A stretch of DNA of 64,000 nucleotides from Mobula hypostoma (lineage: Eukaryota): contig NC_086126.1 in the NCBI RefSeq assembly GCF_963921235.1, positions 6,262,001-6,326,000 on the forward strand, in the 5' to 3' direction. The position numbers and the translations under genes are program-made. The notes beneath the pieces were generated by a model. It worked only from the letters and a program-made list of their open reading frames with translations, did no database searches and was not told the origin of the DNA. Positions 1 through 11,856 of the stretch are shown here, piece by piece. The stretch's first letter is position 1. Each line of letters starts with the position of its first letter.

Positions 1-770
1 TTACAAATTAGAGGGAGCATTAGTCGTCACAAGGAACTCCGAGATTCGTTTTCCTGCGGGTATCCTCAGCAAATCTACAGAATAGTAACTGTAAACAGGA
101 TCAATGGAAGGTCAACCAGAGTGCAGAAGACAACAAACTGTGCAAATGCAGATATAAATAAATAGCAATAAATAACAAGAGCATGAGATGAAGAGTCCTT
201 AAGGTGAGATCATTGGTTGTGGGAAGGCCAGAAATAGAATCAGTGTAGTTAAGCAACACACATCAAAGTTGCTGGTGAACGCAGCAGGCCAGGCAGCATC
301 TCTCGGAAGAGGTACAGTCGGCGTTTCAGGCCGAGACCCTTCGTCAGGACTAACTGAACGAAGAGTGAGTAAGGGATTTGAAAGTGGGAGGGGGAGGGGG
401 AGATCCAAAATGATAGGAGAAGACAGGAGGGGGAGGAATGGAGCCAAGAGCTGGATAGGTGATTGGCAAAAGGGATATGAGTGTAGTTAACACCTTTTGT
501 TCAAGAGCCTGTTGGTTGTGGGGGGGGTGGGGGGTTGTAACCGTCCTTGAACCTGGATGTGCGAGCCCTGAGGCTCTTGTACCTTCTAGCAGCGAGAAGA
601 GAGCCTGGCCTGGGTGGTGGAGGTCTCTGATGACGGATGCTGCTTTCCTATGGCAATGTTTCATCTGGATGTGCTCGATGGTGTCCTGGGTTGGAGCCAC
701 TACCTCTTTGTAGGATCTTCCTTTCAAAACCATTGGTGTTCCCGTATCAGGCCATGATGCAGCCAGTAAT
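1..770 (-). mobile_element. Rex1/Babar-type LINE 3' fragment interrupted by a Penelope-like insert (about 253-480)
   Basis: Minus-strand translation MKHCHRKAASVIRDLHHPGQALFSLL, a Rex/Babar C-terminal motif; related copies at about 13830-14295 and 46955-47130. Confidence 0.65.
253..480 (-). mobile_element. Penelope-like terminal-repeat fragment with a mutated hammerhead core (316-351)
   Basis: Near-identical to 50125-50350 and to the reverse complement of 9650-9880. Confidence 0.75.
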
Positions 771-775
771 TATGG

Positions 776-1043
776 AGGCCAGGCAGTATCTATGTAAAAG
801 AGTAAACAGTGAGTGTTTCGGGCCAAGACTCTTTATCAGGACTGGGAAGAAAAGATGAAAAGATAACTCTGACTTCTCATCTTTTATTTTTCCAGTCATG
901 ATAAAGGGTCTCAGCCCAAAACGTCGACTCTTTACTCTTCTCCATAGATGCTGCCTGACCTGCTGAGTTCCTCCAGCATTGTGTGTGTGTGTGTGTGTGT
1001 GTGTGTTGCTCTGGATTTCCAGCGTCTGCAGATTTTCTCGTGT
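776..1043. mobile_element. Fold-back pair of Penelope-end-derived short elements with a (GT)n tract
   Basis: Left arm 776-860 is a degenerate reverse complement of 875-960; (GT)n at 981-1006. Confidence 0.65.
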
Positions 1044-1124
1044 TTGTGACACCAGTATTTACTGTTGACATGTTGTATATTGGGCGATGTCATATCACCG
1101 TGCGATTGCCTTATTGGATACAAA

Positions 1125-1400
1125 GTCGCATAGCGGTCAGCGCCAGCAATCACCGGTCAGGGACCGATTCCTGCTGGGAGCTTGTATGTTGTACGAAACC
1201 CACGCGGGTTTCCTCCGGGTGCTCTGGTTTCCTCCCACATTCCATGGTCATACGGGTCAGGGTTAGTGGGTTGCGGGCGTGCTACGTTGGCGCCGGAAGC
1301 GCAGCATCACTTGCGGGCTGGCCCCAGCACATCCTCGGACTGCGTCGGTCATTGACGCAAACGGAGCGTTTCACTGCATGTGACAAATAAAGCTCATCTT
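1125..1400 (+). mobile_element. V-SINE-type element
   Basis: Central motif GGGTTTCCTCCGGGTGCTCTGGTTTCCTCCCACA; relatives at about 6250-6375(-), 25430-25725, 40395-40500 and 41860-42010. Confidence 0.65.
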
Positions 1401-1500
1401 CAGATCTCTGGAGGTCCGTTATTAATCATGTGCTCAACAATCGAATTGTTATCAGCAGTTATTTTTATTAATGTCATATTTGCAATTATTACTAAACATA

Positions 1501-1756
1501 GAACCCGGCTGGTGGCGTAGTGGCGTCAGCGCCGGACTTCGGGACGGAAGGTCCCGAGCTCGAATCCAGCCGGCTCCCCTGCACGCTTTCCATCCATGCT
1601 GGGTTACGAGCTGGTGATCTCTTTGGAAACTCACCCGGCAGGAGGCAATGGCCGTAACTTGCCTCGTACGCAGTTCTCCCCTACGTCAGAGAGGCATGGA
1701 GGGAAATCGTCCGCTAACCAGAGAAACTCCAGATGCGAAGTACCTTTCCTTTCCTG
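1501..1756 (+). mobile_element. tRNA-derived SINE with 9-bp target-site duplication
   Basis: A box TGGCGTAGTGG, B box GCTCGAATCC, (CCTTT)n tail; CTAAACATA at 1492-1500 and 1757-1765; related head at about 27622-27690. Confidence 0.75.
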
Positions 1757-1937
1757 CTAAACATAATAAGTGGTTGTATTGTTAAATATTAGAGATTAGC
1801 GGGAAAAATGGTTACAATGAGCCGCCACTTTATTATAGGATGGGTTAGCAGGCCCAAGGGCCCGAATGGTCTCACTCTGTTGCCGGCTATTGTCCTACCG
1901 TATTCCTGCAGTGATCCAGCCCCGCTCTTCCTTTCAG

Positions 1938-2115
1938 CAATTCAGCCTGAGCCTGCCGAACCCTCTGAACATCTTCGAGCTGCTGGTGTTCCCGGACGAG
2001 GAGTATCCCCGGGTGTGCCTGGGCGTCCGCGCCCCCACGCACCCCAGCCAGGTGCTGCAGTTCGAGACGGTCCAGCTCATGTCCTCCGGAACTCTCCTTC
2101 GCCACTCACGGCCAG
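1938..2115 (+). CDS. MAP4K2: MAP4K2 (GCK) CNH-domain exon; the gene starts upstream of the window
   Basis: ctttcag|CAA...CCAG|gtggg; encodes QFSLSLPNPLNIFELLVFPDEEYPRVCLGV...FETVQL, a GCK-I family CNH segment; ends in phase 1. Confidence 0.88.
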
Positions 2116-2922
2116 GTGGGCAGCGCCGGGGTCAGAGTCGGTGTGGGGGGGGGCGGGGAGGGGCGCCTCTCACTCCCTCGCCAAATGGAGTGACCGCCCA
2201 GCTCAGCCACGTGATCAAAGTTGAGTTTATCGTCGTACGCACAGTGCATAGAACACAAACAGGCCCTTCAGCCCACAATGCTGGCCCTTTAACCTACCCC
2301 AACATTCAATCGAACGTCCATCATCAGAGATTCCCCACTATCCGGGCCGGGCCATCTTCTCCCAGCTCCCATCTGGAGCTTGAAGCCCCCATACCTCCAG
2401 GTTCTGAAACAGCTCCCACATAGTCCTCCATTTTTATTTCATCCACATGCCTATCTGAGAGTCACTGAAATGCCCCAAATGTATCAGCCTCTACCACCAG
2501 ATTCCACACACCTACCACTCTCTGTGTGTGTTTAAAAACGGCAGCAGATTCCACATACCTAGCACTCTCTGTATGTAAAAATAAAAAAAATCCTACCTCT
2601 GACACCCCCCCTCTATGCTTTTCTCTAAACACCTTACAATTATGTCCCTTCAGATTAGCCATTTCCACCCTGGGAATAGGTCTCTGGCTTTTCACGCGAT
2701 CTATGCTTCCTTTCATCTCATACACCTCTATCGGGTTATGAAAAACTGTAAAAGTTGCGATGAAAAGCTTACTTGCAGCAGTGTCACATCCTCCGATTCC
2801 AGCCCCTCCAATTTCCCTCCTCCCGCTCCCTCGGTAGCCAGGTTCTTCCCATCTCTTTCGGTGTAACCCATGAAACCGTCCCTCACACCCAATGCCAAAT
2901 GAGGTTCATTTCTGTGAGTCCG

Positions 2923-2959
<37 letters not shown>

Positions 2960-2960
<1 letters not shown>

Positions 2961-3412
2961 GTCAGTTGCTGTAGCTCATCCATTACAAATTCGGTGCGTT
3001 GTGCGTTCAGAGATGCTCTTCTGCACACCACTGTTGTAACACGTGATTATTCGAGTTACCGTCATCTTCCTGTCAGCTTGAACAAGTCCGGCCTCTCTCA
3101 TTAGCAAGGCACTGAACTGCCAGTCTCTGGATGCCTTTTATTTCTCGTGCCATCCTCTGCAAATTCTAGAGACCGTTGTGCGTGAAAATCCCGGGAGATT
3201 CTGAGATACTCAAACCACCCCATCTGGCACCAACAATCATTCCAAGACCAAAGTCACTCCGATCACATTTCTTCCCCTATTCTGATGTCTGGCCTGAACA
3301 CCGACTGACCCTCTTGACCGTGTCAGCATGCTTTGATGCATTGAGTTGCTGCCAGGTGATTGGGCTACTCAGATGTTTGCATTAGGTACCTGATGAGGTG
3401 GCCAGTGAGTGA
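2960..3412 (-). mobile_element. Tc1/mariner transposon remnant (N-terminal HTH plus one end)
   Basis: Minus strand reads GKKCDRSDFGLGMIVGARWGGLSISE; ends in a TIR-like GGTACCTGATGAGGTGGCCAGTGAGTG. Confidence 0.65.
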
Positions 3413-3523
3413 GTATCTGTGGGTGACAGGGAAACGGAGCTTTGCTGAGGGAGTGGGGTCTGGGGATCTTACAGACAGTGCGGTTTGACTCGATGCTTTC
3501 TCTCCTCCGGTTTTTTTTTGCAG

Positions 3524-3592
3524 AGACGTCTCTACTGAACACAAGCCACGTATCTCAGCTCGACAGGGAAAATGTTCTGGTTTGCATTGACA
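3524..3592 (+). CDS. MAP4K2: MAP4K2 CNH exon
   Basis: tttttttgcag|AG...GACA|gtaagt; ETSLLNTSHVSQLDRENVLVCID; phase 1-1. Confidence 0.9.
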
Positions 3593-3724
3593 GTAAGTGC
3601 TTCACATCGCGGGACTGCTCGGTCTGGTATCTTTACCGGGGATGCCTTTAAGTTATCCCTGGCCAGGGACAGTTGCAATCCAGAATAAGACACAGAATAT
3701 CCCTTTAAACATACTCACCATAAA

Positions 3725-4388
3725 GAGTGAAGCTCCCTCCACACCGTCCCATCACACTCTCCCGGGGTCAGACACAGAGTGAAACTCCCTCCACACCGTC
3801 CCATCACACACTCCCGGGGTCAGACACAGAGTGAAGCTCCCTCCACACCGTCCCATCACACACTCCCGGGGTCAGACACAGAGTGAAACTCCCTCCACAC
3901 CGTCCCATCACACTCTCCCGGGGTCAGACACAGAGTGAAGCTCCCTCCGCACCGTCCCATCACACACTCCCAGAGTCAGACACAGAGCGAAGCTCCCTCC
4001 CCACCGTCCCATCACACACTCCCAGAGTCAGACACAGAGCGAAGCTCCCTCCCCACCGTCCCATCACACACTCCCAGAGTCAGACACAGAGTGAAGCTCC
4101 CTCCACACCGTCCCATCACACACTCCCGGGGTCAGACACAGAGTGAAGCTCCCTCCACACCGTCCCATCACACACTCCCGGGGTCAGACACAGAGTGAAG
4201 CTCCCTCCACACTGTCCCATCACACACTCCCGGGGTCAGACACAGAGTGAAGCTCCCTCCACACCGTCCCACCACACACTCCCGGGGTCGGACACAGAGT
4301 GAAGCTCCCTCCACACTGTCCCAGCACACACTTCCGGGGTCAGACACAGGGTGAAGCTCCCTCCACACCGTCCCATCACACACTCCCT
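3725..4388. repeat. 52-bp minisatellite, about 12.7 copies, in a MAP4K2 intron
   Basis: Unit GAGTGAAGCTCCCTCCACACCGTCCCATCACACACTCCCGGGGTCAGACACA. Confidence 0.95.
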
Positions 4389-4748
4389 AGATCCCTAGAC
4401 ATAAAGGCAGCGCACTATACCAATTATCACAGTGTAAAATTTCTCCTGAACTGTGGTGTTAAACACTCCTGTGGCACAGTTTAAGATCCAGGTGTACTGA
4501 TCACATGCACGTGGCTTTGTGGTGAGAAAGTACGAAGGTCCCCTGTGGTCCCAGTGTCGGGGCATCATCGAGGTTACAACATCAGACTGTAATAACAGCG
4601 AGGATGTGTTGTTAGGACGGTGGTCTGAAGAGAAAGGGAAGGATTGGGTCCAGGGTGAAGCTGCCACTCCCGGCAGTACGATGGTGTGGGATGGGTCCGA
4701 GTCTCCGTCCGCCCCGGTATCAGCTGGGATTGTGTCGTTCTCCCGCAG

Positions 4749-4835
4749 ACTGCGTGAAGATTGTGAACTTGCAGGGAGAGAAGAGCCACAGGACAACAGC
4801 AGACCTGAGCTTCCAGTTCTTCGTCCAGACAGTGG
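4749..4835 (+). CDS. MAP4K2: MAP4K2 CNH exon
   Basis: tcccgcag|AC...GTGG|gtgagt; NCVKIVNLQGEKSHRTTADLSFQFFVQTV. Confidence 0.92.
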
Positions 4836-5364
4836 GTGAGTTTGCCTGAGCGTGTGGGCAGCGTGCAACTTGCCCCCTACCCTCCGTTGAGGGCTGGGGA
4901 GGAAGTGGCCGGCCCAGTGCACACTTTTTTTTCTGCAATCGCTGCCCCATGGGGGGGGGGGGAAGCGGAAATAATCCTGCTATTATCGGCAGATGCTGCT
5001 GCAGTTCAAGTGTTTTGGATCAGTTTTATTTGTCACCTGCACATCAGAATTTACAAGTCTGTTAGATGCATGGGTTACGGCCAGAGGAAAATTGGGTGGA
5101 GCCACTTTGCACTGTCGCGCAAGGCTGCTTATTAAGTGCGTCAAAAGTGAAACTCAGAAAAATCTGCAAAAATAGCAAAAAGAAAACCGCCAATAGCAAA
5201 AAGGTCTCGACCACAAAACACAATAACTGCTCCATACTTTGTCCCATGTGAACACCCAGCAGCCCCGATCTCTCTCCCCTACTGAGAGTGACAAGCTCTG
5301 TTTATTAGGCACCAGGACACACCATCTTTAGTTACCAACAAAGTTAACTTCAGACTGCACATAC

Positions 5365-5905
5365 ACATAGACATAGACATACTTTATTGATCCCGAGGGA
5401 AATTGGGTTTCGTTACAGTTGCACCAACCAAGAATAGAGTATAAATATAGCAATATAAAAGCATAAGTAGTTAAATAGTAATATGTAAATTATGCGAGTA
5501 GATTATGAAATAAGTCCAGGACCAGTCTATTGGCTCAGGGTGTCTGACCCTCCAAGGGAGGAGTTGTAAAGTTTGATGGCCACAGGCAGGAATGACTTCC
5601 TATGACGCTCTGTGTTGCATCTCGGTGGAATGAGTCTCTGGCTGAATGTACTCCTGTGCCCACCCAGTACATTATGCAGTGGATGGGAGACATTGTCCAA
5701 GATGGCATGCAACTTGGACAGCATCCTCTTTTCAGACACCACCGTCAGAGAGTCCAGTTCCGTCCCCACAACATCACTGGCCTTGCGAATGAGTTTGTTG
5801 ATTCTGTTGGTGTCTGCCACCCTCAGCCTGCTGCCCCAGCACACAACAGCAAACATGATAGCACTGGCCACCACAGACTCGTAGAACGTCCTCAGCATCG
5901 TCAGA
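5365..5905 (-). mobile_element. Rex1/Babar LINE 3' end
   Basis: ORF 5527-5922: TFYESVVASAIMFAVVCWG...HPLH...TERHRKSFLPVAIKLYN; short CATAGA tandem tail. Confidence 0.8.
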
Positions 5906-6645
5906 ATCAGAATCTGATGCACCCCACAATGTAGTTACAATCATATTACAAAGCAAGCAGAACTATCTATTTGGAATACAGTATGCAATCAACATCGACG
6001 CATCCTCAGTACTAAAAGAAATTGAATATTCTGCCGTGTATGGCGGGAAAGGCACCACAACACAGCCAACACAAGCTCATCAGCTGGGTTTAGGACCCAC
6101 TATGCGGAATATACCGGGGAAGACATCGAAGTGCATGCACTCGGAGCAGTGATACGTGTAAGGAGTGCGCTAACTGAGCGCTGTCTGTCACACAGTGAAA
6201 TGTGTCATTTGCGCCAGTGACTAACAGGGCCCACGCTTCTGGTGCCAACAGATCATCTGGAACGTGGGAGGAAACCGGAGCACTGGCAGGAAACCAACGC
6301 GGTCACGTACGGGACCACGGCGGGAATTGAACCCGGGTCACTGGCGCTGTGAAGCGTTTCGCCACTGTGTTGCCACTTCTCGTTCATTCCACAACTCTAT
6401 TCCCCCCCCCCCACTACTGCCCTGCACGAGGAATAATCCTGCTCTTGTCGGCGGACTCTGCTGCAGTTCAGGAAACGACCCACCAACTCCCGCCGCTTGT
6501 TCTCAGCTTCCTGCCCGGTCATTACTGGCTGTGGCGACCCAGCCTTGAGGCAGAGGTCAGGCTGAGTGACAGAGGGAGGAGGGTAAGGGAGGGGCACAGA
6601 GCAGGGGCAGGAGGGCACACTGACTGACTGGTCTCCGTTGTGCAG

Positions 6646-6716
6646 TTTGTCTGCAGGACAGTGTGCTGGCGTTTTGGACACACGGAATGCAGGGACAGAG
6701 CCTCCACACAAACGAG
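6646..6716 (+). CDS. MAP4K2: MAP4K2 CNH exon
   Basis: gtgcag|TT...GAG|gtatgg; [24 protein letters not shown], a strongly conserved MAP4K motif. Confidence 0.93.
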
Positions 6717-7062
6717 GTATGGTACCGGTGGGGACGGGTCTGTCACCGTGTAACACCGGGGTACGGTACCGGTGGGGACGGGTCTGTCACCGTGTAACAC
6801 CGGGGTACGGTACCGGTGGGAACGGGTCTGTCACTGTATAACACCGGGGTACGGTACCGGTGGGGACGGGTCTGTCACTGTGTAACACCGGAGTACGGTA
6901 CCGGTGGGGACGGGTCTGTCACTGTGTAACACCGGGGTACGGTACCGGTGGGGACGGGTCTGTCACTGTGTAACACCGGGGTACGGTACCGGTGGGGATG
7001 GGTCTGTCACTATGTAACACCGGGGTACAGTACTGGTGGGGACGGGTCGGTCACTGTGTAAC
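6717..7062. repeat. 44-bp minisatellite, about 8 copies, filling a MAP4K2 intron
   Basis: Unit GGTACCGGTGGGGACGGGTCTGTCACYGTGTAACACCGGGGTAC. Confidence 0.95.
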
Positions 7063-7091
7063 CACAATTGATTCCATGTGTCCTTTTACAG

Positions 7092-7147
7092 ATAACTCAG
7101 GAGATCACGGATGAATCTCGGAAGTTCCGTGTACTGGGCACCCAACG
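7092..7147 (+). CDS. MAP4K2: MAP4K2 penultimate coding exon
   Basis: ttttacag|ATA...CG|gtgaga; ITQEITDESRKFRVLGTQ(R). Confidence 0.92.
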
Positions 7148-7199
7148 GTGAGACTCGGGTGTGAGTGCGACAGGGGACTCTGCATAGGCGCACACATTC

Positions 7200-7565
7200 T
7201 CCTATCCCCCCTCTATCTGTAACCCCTCCCTGTGTCTGTAACTCCCTCCAGTCCCTACACCCCTCCCCATCTCTGTAACCCCCTCCAGTCCCTACACCCC
7301 TCCCTATCTCTGTAATCCCCTCCAGTACCCTACACCCCTCCCCGTCTCTGTAAACCCCTCTGGCCCCTACACCCCTCCCCGTCTCTGTAACCCCCTCCAG
7401 CCCCTACACCCCTCCCCGTCTCTGTAACCCCCTCCGGCCCCTACACCCCTCCCTGTCTCTGTAACCCCCTCCAGCCCCTACACCCCTCCCTGTCTCTGTA
7501 ACCCCCTCCGGCCCCTACACCCCTCTCCGTCTCTGTGACACTCTCAGGTCCCTAAATCCCTTCCT
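7200..7565. repeat. 37-bp C-rich minisatellite (intronic array)
   Basis: Unit CCCTACACCCCTCCCCGTCTCTGTAACCCCCTCCRGC. Confidence 0.9.
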
Positions 7566-7858
7566 CTTTCTCTAATGAAATGTGATGTTCCTGTTGTCAG
7601 GACACTCTTCCCCCTACCCCACTTCCATGCCCGATAATTCCATTCAATCTCATTGGATTCCCCCGTCGGATCACCATTTAAACCCCGGTTCACCCGGAGT
7701 CCGTGTGCCGGTCCGAACGTCCGTGTCTGAGTGATTTGGACAGAGGGTGCTCACGAGGGCCGGCAGGGGGCCCGAGGGGCCGAGTGGCCTGCGACTTCAC
7801 TGGCAGGATTCCTCGTGTGCTGTTGTTTGGTGACACTGTCTTCCTTTGCTGCCTGCAG

Positions 7859-7946
7859 GGACATTATCTTGGAGAGCACCCCCACCAATCAACCGGAGGC
7901 ACACAGTAACCTCTACATCCTGACGGGGCACGAGAGCAGCTACTGA
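7859..7946 (+). CDS. MAP4K2: MAP4K2 last coding exon
   Basis: ctgcag|G...TGA; [29 protein letters not shown]. The [18 protein letters not shown] pattern fits MAP4K2 better than MAP4K3/5, and the gene is adjacent to SF1 as in human. Confidence 0.92.
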
Positions 7947-8063
7947 GCCCCCCCAGGCAGGGAAGTGGGGCTCGAACCCACCTAGACTCTGTGTACAGTT
8001 CGGGACAGAACCCCAGGAGCTTGCAGGAGACTTCTGTTAATTATTATTTAAGTGGAATTGTAT

Positions 8064-8069
8064 AATAAA
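8064..8069 (+). terminator. Putative MAP4K2 polyadenylation signal
   Basis: AATAAA 118 nt after the stop codon, followed by GT-rich sequence. Confidence 0.7.
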
Positions 8070-8134
8070 AGTTGTGTTTTAATCAGAATGGTTACTGGTG
8101 GTTGGATTAAGCTCATTTAAAACATTTGCAATCC

Positions 8135-9320
8135 CCTTCACCCCTCCCTATCTCTGTAACCCCCTCCGGCCCCTACACCCCTCCCCGTCTCTGTAACCCC
8201 CTCCGGCCCCTACACCCCTCCCCGTCTCTGTAACCCCCTCCGGCACCAACACCCCTCCCCGTCTCTGTAACCCCCACCAATCCCTACACCCCTGCCCGTC
8301 TCTGTAACCCCCTCCAGCCCCTACAACCCCCCCGTCTGTGTAACCCCTCCGGCCCCTACACCCCTCCCTGTCTCTGTAACCCCCTCTGTCCCCTACACCC
8401 CTCCCCGTCTCTGTAACCCCCTCCGGTCCCTACACCCCTCCCCGTCTCTGTAACCCCCTCCTGCCCCTACACCCCTCCCCGTCTCTGTAACCCCCTCCTG
8501 CCCCTACACCCCTCCCTGTCTCTGTAACCCCCTCCAGCCCCTACACCCCTCTCCGTCTCTATAACTTCCTCTGTCCCCTACACCCCTCCCTGTCTCTGTA
8601 ACCCCCCCATCCCCTACACCCCTCCCCGTCTCTGTAACCCCCTCTGGCCCCTACACCCTTCCCCGTCTCTGTAACCCCCTCCGACCCCTACATCTCTCCC
8701 CGTCTCTGTAACCCCCTCTGGCCCCGACACCCCTCCCCGTCTCTGTAACCCCCTACGGCCCCTACACCCCTCCCTGTCTCTGTAACCCCCACCGGCCCCT
8801 ACACCCCACCCCGTCTCTGTAACCCCCTCCGGCCCCTACACCCCTCCCGTCTCTGTAACCCCCCCCATCCCCTACACCCCTCCCTGTCTCTGTAACACCC
8901 TCCGGCCCCTACACCCCTCCCTGTCTCTGTAACACCCTCCAGCCCCTTCATCCCTCCCTGTCTGTGTAACCCCCTCCAGTCCCTACCCGTCTCTGTAACC
9001 CCCTCCGGTCCCTACACCCCTCCCTGTCTCTGTAACCCCCTCCAGCCCCTACACCCCTCCCTGTCTCTGTAACCCCCTCCGGTCCCTACACCCCTCCCTG
9101 TCTCTGTAACCCCTCCAGCCCCTACACCCCTCCCTGTCTCTGTAACCCCCTCCAGCCCCTACACCCCTCCCTGTCTCTGTAACCCCCTCCGGTCCCTACA
9201 GCCCTCCCTGTCTCTGTAACCCCCTCCGGTCCCTACACCCCTCCCTGTGTCTGTAACCCCCTCCGGTCCCTACACCCCTCCCTGTGTCTGTAACCCCCTC
9301 TGGCCCTTACACCCTTCCTC
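8135..9320. repeat. 37-bp C-rich minisatellite, about 32 copies, downstream of MAP4K2
   Basis: Same unit as 7200-7565; the G-rich minus strand has runs of 4-5 G. Confidence 0.95.
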
Positions 9321-9554
9321 TTCTGTCTAGCTTTGTCGAGGATGAAGAGGAAGGTTTGAAAAATTATTGATAATATTTGGTGATACAGTGCAGATTAGGC
9401 CCTTTGACCTTTCGAGCCTCACTGTCCAGCAACCCCATGACAGCCCGAGTCTAATCACAGGACAATTTTCAATGACCTGCTAACTGGGACGTCTTTGGCC
9501 TGTGGGAGGAAAGCGGATAGAACCCACACATTCCACGGGGGTACAGAGACACAA

Positions 9555-9912
9555 TTACTCCTTGCCTGCTCTCCATCTTCCTCTGGGCTCCCCTCCCTCT
9601 TTCTCTCTCCCTAGACCTCCCGTCCCATGATCCTCTCCCTTCTCCAGCCTCATATCCCCTTTGCCAATCACCTGTCCAGCTCTTGGCTCCATCCCTCCCC
9701 CTCCTGTCTTCTCCTATCATTTCGGATCTCCCCCTCCCCCTCCCCCTTTCAAATCTCTTACTAGCTCTTCTTTCAGTTAGTCCTGACGAAGGGTCTCGGC
9801 CCGAAACGTCAACTGTACCTCTTCCTAGAGATGCTGCCTGGCCTGCTGCGTTCACCAGCAACTTTGATGTATGTTGCTTGAATTTCCAGCATCTGCAGAT
9901 TTCTTCGTGTTT
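9555..9912 (+). mobile_element. Penelope-like terminal repeat with a hammerhead core at 9779-9814
   Basis: AGTC-CTGACGA-AGGGTCTCGGCCC-GAAA-CGTC-AACT; reverse complement of the 50125-50460 copy. Confidence 0.75.
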
Positions 9913-9994
9913 GCGACAATAATAGTAAACTTTAGTGGAAGGTGGTCATCGTGTATGAGGCTGAATAGGTACATTTAACGTCAGGGGAATTACC

Positions 9995-10850
9995 TTCCCT
10001 CCATACCCCCTGATCCCTTTAGCCACAAGGGCCATATCTAACTCCCCTCTTAAATATAGCCAATGAACTGGCCTCAACTGTTTCCTGTGGCAGAGAATTC
10101 CACAGATTCACCACTCTCTGTGTGAAGAAGTTTTTCCTCATCTCGGTCCTAAAAGGCTTCCCCTTTATCCTCAAACTGTGACCCCTCGTTCTGGACTTCC
10201 CCAACATCGGGAACAATCTTCCTGCATCTAGCCTGTCCAATCCCTTTAGGATTTTATACGTTTCAATAAGATCCCCCCTCAATCTTCTAAATTCCAACGA
10301 GTATAAGCCTAGTTCATCCAGTCTTTCATCATACGAAAGTCCTGCCATCCCAGGAATCAATCTGGTGAACCTTCTTTGTACTCCCTCTATGGCAAGGATG
10401 TCTTTCCTCAGATTAGGGGACCAAAACTGCACACAATACTCCAGGTGTGGTCTCACCAAGGCCTTGTACAACTGCAGTAGTACCTCCCTGCTCCTGTACT
10501 CGAATCCTCTTGCATACCATTTGCCTTTTTTCACCGCCTGCTGTACCTGCATGCCCACTTTCAATGACTGGTGTATAATGACACCCAGGTCTCGTTGCAC
10601 CTCCCCTTTTCCTAATCGGCAACCATTCAGATAATAATCTGTTTTCCTGTTTTTGCCACTAAAGTGGATAACTTCACATTCATCCACATTAAATTGCATC
10701 TGCCATGAATTTGCCCACTCACCCAACCTATCCAAGTCACTCTGCATCCTCTTAGCATCCTCCTCACAGCTAACACTGCCACCCAGCTTCGTGTCATCCG
10801 CAAACTTGGAGATGCTGCATTTAATTCCCTCATCCAAGTCATTAATATAT
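9995..10850 (-). mobile_element. CR1 LINE 3' fragment (RT C-terminus)
   Basis: INDLDEGIKCSISKFADDTKLGG...LVRPHLEYCVQFWSP...FFTQRVVNLWNSLP. Confidence 0.92.
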
Positions 10851-11384
10851 ATATTAATATATATACAATATACATCCTTTAATTCTTTTTCTTCACAAAC
10901 ATCCACGAAAACAGAGGAGCACCCCAAGGCATGAATGGCAGTTAAAAGTTAGAACCTTAAAGTCCACCGCCTCCCCCCCAGCTCCCCCATCCCATGCACA
11001 AGGGGATTGATGATAGAGTTTGACACGTAGATGGATAGGAAAGGTTTAGAGCGGAGGTTCCTACCCTGGGGTCCATTGACCCCTTGCTTAATGGTCTTGG
11101 ATCCTGGCATGAAAACAAGGTTGGGAACCCCTTTTATAGATCAAGTACTGGGGTTAGATTGTCGTTTTGTTAAGATTCCAGTCGAGATTTCATACTAAAA
11201 TTGGAATTAAGAATTATTATTATTTTTTTAAATAAAGCATTGGAAGGTGGTGAGCTTTCTTTCAAGATTATCAGATAGCAGATCTAATTAAATACCATAA
11301 TGACCATGACCTAGTTAAATAGGGCCGTCCCTCTGCTTTGAGGATCTCGTCTTTTCATTGGCGGATGCGGTGAGGGACGGATGT

Positions 11385-11720
11385 ACAGGCCAATAGGAAA
11401 TCGACGATTGAGGGAATGAACGTATCAGGCAGAGAACCGGCCGAAACCAATGAATACGGAAGGAAGGTGCTGGGGCGGGGTGAATTTCACTGACGTCATG
11501 GAAAATTGAGTAACCGGCAGCAGATCTAGCCAATGGGAGGGAAGGGGTAGGGCCACGGGCTGGCCGCATAGGTCCAGAGTTTGACCGACGCGCGGAGTAG
11601 CCAATCCGCTGCGGGAACCGACTTTCTCCCCCTTTGACCAATGAGCGGAAGGAGAGTGGGCGTTGATGCAGAGGGAACCGGAGTGCGCAGACGCAGTTCT
11701 ATTCTGACGTGCGCGGGGGC
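11385..11720 (+). promoter_or_regulatory. SF1 CpG-island promoter
   Basis: Five CCAAT boxes (11390, 11447, 11530, 11601, 11638), GC box GGGGCGGGG (11472), full CRE TGACGTCA (11491-11498), CpG-rich. Confidence 0.8.
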
Positions 11721-11856
11721 GCCAAGATGCAGGAGGTGCAGTGAGGAGAAGGCCGAGGCGGACAAACGTGCTCCGATCACTGGGCACCGTCGCGGTGATT
11801 CGCGGTCCCCGGAACTCGCGCCGTCGGTGCAGGCAGGACGACGACTCGACTCACCG

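Noticed and set aside
1505-1580. tRNA gene (also about 27622-27690)
   Set aside because: A/B boxes are present but continue into a SINE body and tail, with a TSD in the first copy; no clean cloverleaf
1938-7946. Assignment of the kinase to MAP4K3 or MAP4K5
   Set aside because: The terminal exon sequence and SF1 adjacency favour MAP4K2, although some internal exons resemble MAP4K3/5; a phylogeny would settle it
10019-10927. 302-aa reverse-transcriptase-like ORF as a host gene
   Set aside because: It is a 5'-truncated CR1 LINE fragment, and its apparent start comes from unrelated flanking repeat
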